Source: Planctomycetota bacterium (GTDB taxonomy: Bacteria; Planctomycetota; GCA-002687715; DRQF01). From it: DNA of 15,145 nucleotides. Shown piece by piece: positions 1 through 6,930 of this stretch. A program made the position numbers and the translations under genes. How positions within the stretch are numbered: the first letter of the stretch is position 1; each line of letters opens with the position of its first letter. Under the pieces are notes generated by a model, which worked only from the letters and a program-made list of their open reading frames with translations, did no database searches and was not told the DNA's origin. The stretch covers positions 1 through 15,145 of the forward strand of contig JAZGFI010000080.1 in NCBI GenBank assembly GCA_036479435.1. The letters are read 5' to 3'.

Positions 1-1249
1 ACTTCGGATTCGGTGCGTACTCGGGGTAGAAGATGTCATCGATCGAGGCCCCCACGATGTAGCAGAAAAACCCCAGCCCAAAGACGCCGAAGACAATGCT
101 CGGTACGCCGGCGAGGTTGTTCACGGCGATCCGCACCGCGGAAGTCAAAAAGCCCGCTTTCGCGTACTCCCGCATGTAGAGTGCCGCCAACACGCCGAAA
201 GGCACGACGACCAAAGTCATCAGCAGAGTCATGATGATGGTGCCGAAGATCGCGGGAAAAACGCCACCCTCACTGTTCGCCTCGCGCGGATCGTCAAACA
301 GAAACTCGCGCCATCGCGAAACATAGCTAGAGACTTTTCCGAAAAAGCTCAGTCGGTTTGCCGGCACGGCGCGGACGATCTGCGACAGCGGGATTTCTTG
401 TTGCTCACCGGAGGCGGTCGTCAAGACCAAACGATAGCGTGTATTCTCCAGCTCAAGCTGCTCGATCTTCTTGAAGATTTCAGCCTCTTGCTCAATCGCA
501 CCCTCCTCAACACTTGCGAGACTCGAGCTGGCATTCCGATAGTTTTCGGAGTCCTTGCCATCCGCGAGCTCGGCCCGCCGCAGGTCGAGTCGTGCCTCTT
601 CGCGATCCGCGCTGATGCGGCCCAATTCATGTTTCTTGAGGCCTTCGGCCTCAGCAAATCGATCCCGAACGTCGTCGCCAAACTCCTCATAGCGTCGCCA
701 GGATTCCTCGGCGCCGGTCGCCGCGACCTGATCGTCGATGATGAACTTCGTAGGGAGGCCGTAGAATCGCCCCCACTCTCTGCGCTCCAACAGCAGGGCC
801 CATTCGGGGCGCTCCTCGGCCGCGACTTCGAAATCCGAAATCCAAGTGAAGTGGGTGCTCGTAAGATCGAAGTTCCCAGAACGGATGAGGCGGCGACGAG
901 AGGATGCCTCGCCACCAAGTGCAGATCGTTGCTTCGCCGTCAGGGCCTCTGACTGCTCCGGCGTCAACTCGTAGGACGCCGATCGTGCGACCTCGCCCAT
1001 GGTCATCTTGCCGTCGTGGGAGGTAACGAGGACAATCTCGCCGGGCCAAAAAGTCGAAAATCCCTGCACGAAGATCAAGCCCAAGAGGCCCGCGATCATC
1101 GCCACCGCTAAAACCAATGCGCCGCCGGTAAGCCAAACGTAGGGCTCGCCGCGCGCGATGACCGCGATCGCCACCGGGCGTCTTCGACCCCCGTTGACAG
1201 GGCTTTTGGGATCGCGTTTCGACATCGTCTTTGGGCTAGTCGTCGTCAT
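1..1249 (-). CDS. pstA: Phosphate ABC transporter permease PstA, long form (3' end runs off the window start)
   Basis: Not in the ORF track because there is no stop in the window. I translated both ends by hand. ATG at 1249-1247 overlaps the pstC stop (ATGA) and gives MTTTSPKTMSKRDP...ARGEPYVWLTGGALVLAVAMIAGLLGLIFVQGFSTFWPG. The same frame near the window start reads FLFDDPREANSEGGVFPAIFGT...PFGVLAALYMREYAK...RIAVNNLAGVPSIVFGVFGLGFF, the PstA permease signature. Alternative in-frame ATG at 1225. Confidence 0.93.
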   Translation of the reverse strand, partial: MTTTSPKTMSKRDPKSPVNGGRRRPVAIAVIARGEPYVWLTGGALVLAVAMIAGLLGLIFVQGFSTFWPGEIVLVTSHDGKMTMGEVARSASYELTPEQSEALTAKQRSALGGEASSRRRLIRSGNFDLTSTHFTWISDFEVAAEERPEWALLLERREWGRFYGLPTKFIIDDQVAATGAEESWRRYEEFGDDVRDRFAEAEGLKKHELGRISADREEARLDLRRAELADGKDSENYRNASSSLASVEEGAIEQEAEIFKKIEQLELENTRYRLVLTTASGEQQEIPLSQIVRAVPANRLSFFGKVSSYVSRWREFLFDDPREANSEGGVFPAIFGTIIMTLLMTLVVVPFGVLAALYMREYAKAGFLTSAVRIAVNNLAGVPSIVFGVFGLGFFCYIVGASIDDIFYPEYAPNPK

Positions 1250-3867
1250 AGTTGGAAAGCCCTCTTGCGGAATCGCTGACGAATGGTCTCCGCCAAGGCG
1301 TTGATGACGAATGTCAAAGAAAAGAGCACCAGCGCGGCGAGGTAGAGAGTTCGGTAGTGGGTGCCGTCTCGAACGGCTTCCGGTATCTCGACGGCAATGG
1401 TCGCTGCCAAAGTGCGGAAGCCATTAAAGATGTTCGCGTCCATGATGGCGGTGTTTCCCGCGGCCATCAGCACGATCATGGTCTCTCCAACCGCGCGGCC
1501 GAGCCCGATCATGACCGCCGAGAACAAACCACTTGCCGCGGTGGGAATGATGATGCGAGTCGCCGTTTGCCACTCGGTCGCCCCCGCTCCCAAGGATGCG
1601 GCCCGAAGGTGCGTCGGAACGGCGGCCAGTGCGTCTTCGGCGATGGTGTAGATGATGGGGATGATCGCGAATCCCATGGCAAATCCAACAACGAAAGCGT
1701 TGCGTTGAATGTAGGTCCCCAGAAACGATCCCCGGGCATCAAAGCCCATCGCGGAGATCATCCATGCGATGCCAACCGCGACGGCAAAGACCAGGGCGCA
1801 AAGCGCCGCAAAGCGCAGCAGTTCGAAGGTCGCAAAGCGACGGCGCGACCAATCCGCGCTGAGTTTCCGAATCCAAGGATGGCTGAGGCGCCCCGAGATC
1901 GTGATGGCAACTCCCGCCGTCAACGGAAGCACGAGTAGTAGCCAGCCGCCAATGGCAGATCCGACCTGACCGTCCAGCCAGCTTCGAATATCAGACTCGA
2001 AGAAGAGTCGCTCGACGAGCGGGCCCATAAGCCAAGCCAGCAGCAGACCTGCGGGCAAGCACAATCCCATCGTGGCAAGCCGCCAAGACCTGAATCTGAG
2101 GGCCCGTTCCTGTGGCATGAGTTGCCACAAATAAGCTCCCAAGACGAAAGCCAAAGGCATCAGAAAAAAGGACGCAATCACAACTGGGATGACATTTTCG
2201 ATGAAGGGTGCGAAAACCAAAGCGGCGAGAAATCCGAGGACGACGCTGGGCAAGCTCGCCATGAACTCAATGGCGGGCTTGACACGCCCCTTTGCTTTGG
2301 GGCTCATGAACTCGCTGGTGTAGATCGCGGCCAACAAAGCAATCGGCACGCCGAACAAGAGCGAATAGAACGTTGCTTTCAGGGTGCCGAAGACCATGGG
2401 CAGAAAGCCGAGTTTCGGCTCGAAATCATCCGAGCCACCCGTGGTTTGCCAGGTGTGACTGGGCTCCTCCGAGCCCTCGTACCACACGCGGCCGAATAGA
2501 GTGCCCAGACGCGCCGTCGGGTGTTTCAGGTCAACGCGCCAAAGCGCGATCTTGCCGTTGGTGATGGCGAGGACGGCATCCTCGCGTGGTGATATGGCGA
2601 GAGCTTCGATGGCGGTGCTTTGTGAAGACTTAACGGCGACCTCGAGGCGCAACACCTCGGCTTCAGCGGTGACATCCTGCACTGAGATCCCGCCGTCAGC
2701 ATAGCCACTAAGAAGCAGCCGCGACCGTGTCGACACTCCCGACGCGGTCATCGCGCTGCCGCCGCCTGCAAGCTCGTGCGCGCGACGCGTCACGATGCCG
2801 TCTTTCGTCGATGCAGATTTGGGTTTCACGCCGAACCATGCGCTGGTTCGGCCCGACGAGCTGCCGACGATCAGGGTGGTGCGACCGAGTAGATAGTCGA
2901 GATGCGTGAGCGATTCGTCGTCATCGACAAGGGTCAACTCCTCAGCATGAAAACTCTGCTCGGGGTCGAGGACGTTGATTCTGAGGAGCTTCCCATTCTT
3001 CCAGGCCAGATAAAGCTGGTCCCCGAGCGTCGAGAGCAACATGAAGTCGGGCAAGCCACCGGCCGTATCCAGCGCCCCAAGGTCGAACTCCTCGCTGCGG
3101 ATACGATACTTGCCAGTCAAAAGATTGCGTCGCCGCTCGATCGACAGATAGCGCAGCGCGCCATCTTCGCCGAGAGAGCAGAGGCGCGGTCCCTGGATCG
3201 TCACGACATAATCGAGTCGATGAATAGGGGCCGATCCGCCGGAGTTGAAGGGATCGTCGATAGAGATCTTTACGCGGTCCAGACGGAACTGACCAAGCGG
3301 AGTGAGGCTCGCGATGCCGCCGTCGTAGGGTTGGATACCCCCGGGTTCGATTCCCGACAGCTCTTCGGGAATCTCCTCTTCTGCGAGGTACTTGGTCTCA
3401 ATCTCAATCTTGCCGACTTGCAGCCGACCATCATCAAAGCCAAACGCGATATCCGGCGACGCAGGATCAGCCATGACCGCGCTGACCTTGCCCGCCGCCG
3501 CCACACGGCGGCGGCCTAAGGAAGCTCCGTTGTCGAGTCGCCAAGTCTCCAAGAACCCGTCTTGGTCGAGAGCCCAAGCCAGTTGGATCTGTTCATCCAA
3601 CTTGACTCTGACCGGAACCACTATTGCGGTCTGGACCGCAAATGACGTCTCGCTTTCGACCTCGGCGTCGAAGAACAGGGGCAGGGCCACACTTAGAAGA
3701 AAAACACAGACCCCGAGCACCGCCACAATCGTGCCGATGCCCCCGACCGTGATGACGATCCGAGAGAGTTTGTCGCCCAACTTGACGATAGACTTCGTCT
3801 TGCGATCTCGGGTACGACCGCTGAAGGCCCTGGCATCCTGCGCTGTCTTGCTCGCGTTCTTCTTCAC
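1246..3867 (-). CDS. pstC: Phosphate ABC transporter permease PstC, long form with a large N-terminal extracytoplasmic beta-rich domain (873 aa)
   Basis: The C-terminal half has PstC motifs: WQTTGGSDDFEPKLG, FGTLKATFYSLLFGVPIA, KPAIEFMASLPSVVLGF, EAA-like loop (AEDALAAVP..LRAASLGAGATEWQT), GRAVGETMIVLMAAGN, FNGFRTLAATIAVEIPEA. One N-terminal TM helix is followed by a ~400-aa soluble domain. GTG start. Lies between pstS and pstA. Confidence 0.93.
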   Translation of the reverse strand: MKKNASKTAQDARAFSGRTRDRKTKSIVKLGDKLSRIVITVGGIGTIVAVLGVCVFLLSVALPLFFDAEVESETSFAVQTAIVVPVRVKLDEQIQLAWALDQDGFLETWRLDNGASLGRRRVAAAGKVSAVMADPASPDIAFGFDDGRLQVGKIEIETKYLAEEEIPEELSGIEPGGIQPYDGGIASLTPLGQFRLDRVKISIDDPFNSGGSAPIHRLDYVVTIQGPRLCSLGEDGALRYLSIERRRNLLTGKYRIRSEEFDLGALDTAGGLPDFMLLSTLGDQLYLAWKNGKLLRINVLDPEQSFHAEELTLVDDDESLTHLDYLLGRTTLIVGSSSGRTSAWFGVKPKSASTKDGIVTRRAHELAGGGSAMTASGVSTRSRLLLSGYADGGISVQDVTAEAEVLRLEVAVKSSQSTAIEALAISPREDAVLAITNGKIALWRVDLKHPTARLGTLFGRVWYEGSEEPSHTWQTTGGSDDFEPKLGFLPMVFGTLKATFYSLLFGVPIALLAAIYTSEFMSPKAKGRVKPAIEFMASLPSVVLGFLAALVFAPFIENVIPVVIASFFLMPLAFVLGAYLWQLMPQERALRFRSWRLATMGLCLPAGLLLAWLMGPLVERLFFESDIRSWLDGQVGSAIGGWLLLVLPLTAGVAITISGRLSHPWIRKLSADWSRRRFATFELLRFAALCALVFAVAVGIAWMISAMGFDARGSFLGTYIQRNAFVVGFAMGFAIIPIIYTIAEDALAAVPTHLRAASLGAGATEWQTATRIIIPTAASGLFSAVMIGLGRAVGETMIVLMAAGNTAIMDANIFNGFRTLAATIAVEIPEAVRDGTHYRTLYLAALVLFSLTFVINALAETIRQRFRKRAFQL

Positions 3868-3898
3868 GTTCTCATCTCGCTGGGCTAACCGTCAACAC

Positions 3899-4891
3899 TT
3901 AGTTCTTGGGCGTGATCTTCGGCAAGGAGAGTCCGACTTCTTTGAGCGCCTCGATGGCGATCGGTGCCGTGATGGGAAAATAGCCGTCCTTTAAGACCGC
4001 TTCTTGACCACCCTTGCTGTAGATGAGTTTCAGAAACTCACGGCGCAGGGGATCGAGTTTGGAACCGGGCTTGTAGTTAACGGCGAGCCACAGAAAACGC
4101 GCCAAGGGATAGTCACCCGTGTAGGCGTTTTTGGGCTCAGCAGCGATCATCTTGTCGCCGGTCTTACGGCAAAGCGCGATGGCGCGCACATCGGCGGTCT
4201 TGTAGCCGATCCCGCTGTATCCGATGGCGTAGCGATCGCTGGCAACACCCTGCACCACCGAGCTCGAACCCGGCTGCTCTTTTACCGAGTCTTTGTAGTC
4301 GCCTTTTCCGAGCGCATGCTTTTGAAAGTAGCCGTAGGTCCCAGAAGCTGCGTTGCGGCCGTAGATGCTGATGGGCTTATTAGCCCACTCCCCCTTCAGG
4401 CCAAGCTGGCCCCAAGTGCGAGTATCGCTCGGGTGTCCGAGCTTGCGGTTCTTGGAGAAAATAGCGTCAACTTGTTGAAGGCTCAGACCCTTAATCGGGT
4501 TGTCTTTGTTGACATAGACCGCGAGCATGTCGATCGAAGTCGGAAGCTGGACGGCTTTGTAGCCGAACTTCTTCGAAAAGCGGTCCATCTCCTTAGTCTT
4601 CATCTTGCGGCTCATCGGACCGAAGTTCGAGGTGCCGGCGATAAGGGCGGGAGGTGCCGTGGATGACCCTTTTCCTTCGATTTCGACCCTTACGTTGGGG
4701 TAGTGCTTTTTGAAGGTCTCGGCCCAAAGCGTCATCAAGTTGTTCATGGTGTCAGAGCCGACACTCTTGATCGAGCCCGAGATACCTCGAGTCGGTTTGT
4801 AGCTGGGGAGGTTTTCATCAACTGACTGTTGGGCACCAAGGACCCCCGCTATTAAGGCGAAGGCCAGGGCAAAAGTGGCAAGCTTAGGCAT
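3899..4891 (-). CDS. pstS: Phosphate ABC transporter substrate-binding protein PstS (330 aa)
   Basis: Signal peptide MPKLATFALAFALIAGVLGA|Q. PstS motifs VGSDTMNNLMTLWAE, GKGSSTAPPAL, GPMSRKM, GRNAASGTYGYF, EQPGSSSVVQ, AIGYSGIGY, YPLARFL. AGGAG RBS at 4905-4901. Confidence 0.96.
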   Translation of the reverse strand: MPKLATFALAFALIAGVLGAQQSVDENLPSYKPTRGISGSIKSVGSDTMNNLMTLWAETFKKHYPNVRVEIEGKGSSTAPPALIAGTSNFGPMSRKMKTKEMDRFSKKFGYKAVQLPTSIDMLAVYVNKDNPIKGLSLQQVDAIFSKNRKLGHPSDTRTWGQLGLKGEWANKPISIYGRNAASGTYGYFQKHALGKGDYKDSVKEQPGSSSVVQGVASDRYAIGYSGIGYKTADVRAIALCRKTGDKMIAAEPKNAYTGDYPLARFLWLAVNYKPGSKLDPLRREFLKLIYSKGGQEAVLKDGYFPITAPIAIEALKEVGLSLPKITPKN

Positions 4892-4967
4892 GGTACAAAT
4901 CTCCTATCGAAAGAGTTTCGCGCTGCGGTCATAATGTGGAGCTCACTAGTGCCCCAGATGTCCGCGA

Positions 4968-4984
4968 TGTAAAATTGCTGTAAA
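4968..4984 (-). promoter_or_regulatory. Candidate Pho box (OmpR/PhoB-family direct repeat)
   Basis: The minus strand reads TTTACA-GCAAT-TTTACA: two identical hexamers with 11-bp periodicity, ~77 bp upstream of the pstS start. This resembles the TT(A/T/C)ACA PhoP repeats of Bacillus. Confidence 0.6.
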
Positions 4985-5125
4985 CGCCCCACAGAGATCC
5001 TCCGAGGGTGGTAACTCGTCGCACGAGTCCTTGGCGTCTACAGACTCACGATAGGAGCCGAGCTTGGGCTTTGGATGCGAAGGGTGTAAGGAAGGTGTGA
5101 GCACGCGTCGAGATGACCGCGAACG

Positions 5126-5175
5126 CAAAGAGCGTGCGAGCCGACCTGTGGTTATGGGGAAGCTCGCACGCTCTT
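5126..5175 (-). terminator. Large hairpin downstream of the helicase gene; probable terminator or stability element
   Basis: Perfect 14-bp inverted repeat AAGAGCGTGCGAGC (5128-5141) / GCTCGCACGCTCTT (5162-5175) with a 20-nt loop, 40 nt after the helicase stop. Only a short U run follows. Confidence 0.55.
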
Positions 5176-5215
5176 CAAAGAACGGCAGATCTAAAAACTC
5201 AGGCTTGATCGAAGC

Positions 5216-6547
5216 CTAGGAGCGCGAGCGGCGCCTGGCGTTGGCCTTGCCTCGTTTCGACACCTTCGAACGTCCCTTGGATGGCGCTTTCGAGTCCCTG
5301 GTGCCGCGTCGCGAGCCTGACCTGGAGTCTTCACCCTGCCCCGGTGACCGAGAGCGTCCCCCGGAGCGCTCTCCTCCAGCCCGTTGACGTTGTCGTCTCG
5401 GCGCAGTTTTAACGGAGCGACGCTTTGTAGCGGGGGGATTTGATTGTTCGATGCGGTTCCCCAGGGCTTTTTCGATCGTTGCCAAATGACTGCGTTCGTC
5501 GGAGGAAACGAAGGTGATCGCGTCACCTTGCTTTTCAGCTCGCGCAGTGCGGCCCACGCGGTGGATGTAATCCTCCGCGAGATTCGGGCAATCGAAGTTG
5601 ACGACCAATGAGAGGTTATCGACATCGATGCCGCGGGCGGCGATATCCGTCGCCACCAAGACTCGGATACGACCCGTCTTGAAGCCACTGAGTGCTTTTT
5701 CGCGCTGGGATTGACTGCGATTGCCGTGGATGCGTTCGGCGTTGATCCCGTTGGTGGTCAAAAACAGAGTCAAGCGGTTGGCTCGGCTCTTCGTGCGAGT
5801 GAACACCAAGACCGAATCGTCATTGCGGTCATCGAGGATGTCCAAGAGCAGGGTTTGCTTGTCGGGCTGCGACACCGAGATCATCTTTTGCCGCACGCCT
5901 TTGGCGGGAGCTTGCTTGCGCTCGACAGCGATGCGCTCTGGCTCGTAGAGCATTTCCTTGGCGAGCTTGGCAATCTGCGGCGGCATGGTGGCCGAGAACA
6001 ACAGCGTTTGCCGGTCTTCTGGAACCTGCAACAAGATGCGGCGAACGTCGGGCAAAAATCCCATGTCCAGCATGCGATCTGCCTCGTCGAGGATCAACAC
6101 CTCGACTCGGCTCAAACTAGCGTAGGGACGAGTCAAGTGATCGAGCAAGCGCCCGGGCGTGGCCACGAGCACATCGACGCCATTTCGAAAGGCGTCTGCT
6201 TGGGCACCCATGCCCACGCCGCCGTAGATCGCGGCCCCCCGCAGTTTCGTGTAGCGGGCCAAGTCCTTCATATCGTCGGCGACCTGGGCCGCCAACTCGC
6301 GAGTCGGCGTCACGACCAATACTCGCGGTCCCGGCCTATTCTCGTCGAGGAGATAGTCGAGCGTCGGCAACAAGAATGCCGCGGTCTTGCCGCTTCCAGT
6401 CGCGGCGCAGGCCAAGACGTCGCGGCCCTTGATGGCAAAGGGGATGGCTTGTTTCTGAATGGGTGTAGGCGTCTTGTAGCCCAGAGCGATCACCGCTTTT
6501 TCTAGCTGTGGATGAAGCCCAAAGGACTGAAATGGATTGTCTGACAT
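5216..6547 (-). CDS. rhlE: ATP-dependent DEAD-box RNA helicase, RhlE-like (443 aa)
   Basis: Full motif set: Q motif (F..FGL...GYKTPTPIQ), ATGSGKT, PTRELA, GG, TPGRLLD, DEADRMLDMGF, SAT, HGNRSQSQR, ATDIAARGID, YIHRVGRTARA. Arg/Gly/Ser-rich basic tail and no DbpA domain. Start moved to ATG 6547 (MSDNPFQSFGL), preceded by GAAGG. The subfamily call is less certain than the family call. Confidence 0.9.
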   Translation of the reverse strand: MSDNPFQSFGLHPQLEKAVIALGYKTPTPIQKQAIPFAIKGRDVLACAATGSGKTAAFLLPTLDYLLDENRPGPRVLVVTPTRELAAQVADDMKDLARYTKLRGAAIYGGVGMGAQADAFRNGVDVLVATPGRLLDHLTRPYASLSRVEVLILDEADRMLDMGFLPDVRRILLQVPEDRQTLLFSATMPPQIAKLAKEMLYEPERIAVERKQAPAKGVRQKMISVSQPDKQTLLLDILDDRNDDSVLVFTRTKSRANRLTLFLTTNGINAERIHGNRSQSQREKALSGFKTGRIRVLVATDIAARGIDVDNLSLVVNFDCPNLAEDYIHRVGRTARAEKQGDAITFVSSDERSHLATIEKALGNRIEQSNPPATKRRSVKTAPRRQRQRAGGERSGGRSRSPGQGEDSRSGSRRGTRDSKAPSKGRSKVSKRGKANARRRSRS

Positions 6548-6930
6548 GATTGCCTTCTGCACGATCCGCGGGCCCGAATTCGGGTGAACGCGATCTAGTT
6601 GTGCTTTTGAGCGCGCTTGTTTGCGCGCGGCGGCCGAGCGTCGCCGGAGGCGAGGCCGCAATTGATTGGTTAAGGGGCGCGCTTGATCCGCAGCCCTCAC
6701 AGGTGATCTAAGACCACCCAACCGCAGACAGGCGACACGCGCCAGCGGCGCCTTCACGCCGCACAGGGCTTCTTTTGGCGAAACCCCGTCGCGATAAGCT
6801 TGCCAAGAGCGCCCGGCAGACGCAAGTTCAACGCCTTCGAGCCGCTTTCGAGCGTAAACCTCTGGTAAGCTCGCGTTGACGCAGGCACAAGCTGGCCCCT
6901 ATGGGTCTATTTTCCGTTCCGGATCAACTC

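Noticed and set aside
13..6505. Many long + strand ORFs (e.g. 398-952, 1252-1938, 2902-3519, 4004-4666, 5711-6505)
   Set aside because: They are antisense shadows of pstA, pstC, pstS and the helicase, expected in GC-rich codon usage, and have no recognisable motifs.
6548..6757. 70-aa N-terminal extension of the helicase in the ORF track
   Set aside because: Low-complexity Arg/Ala-rich translation. Helicase homology and an RBS start at ATG 6547.
6758..6830. Resemblance to a c-di-GMP-I riboswitch (GCACAGGGC, GGCGAAAC, GACGCAA)
   Set aside because: The pieces are not correctly spaced, and no P2 GNRA stem or P3 receptor can be built.
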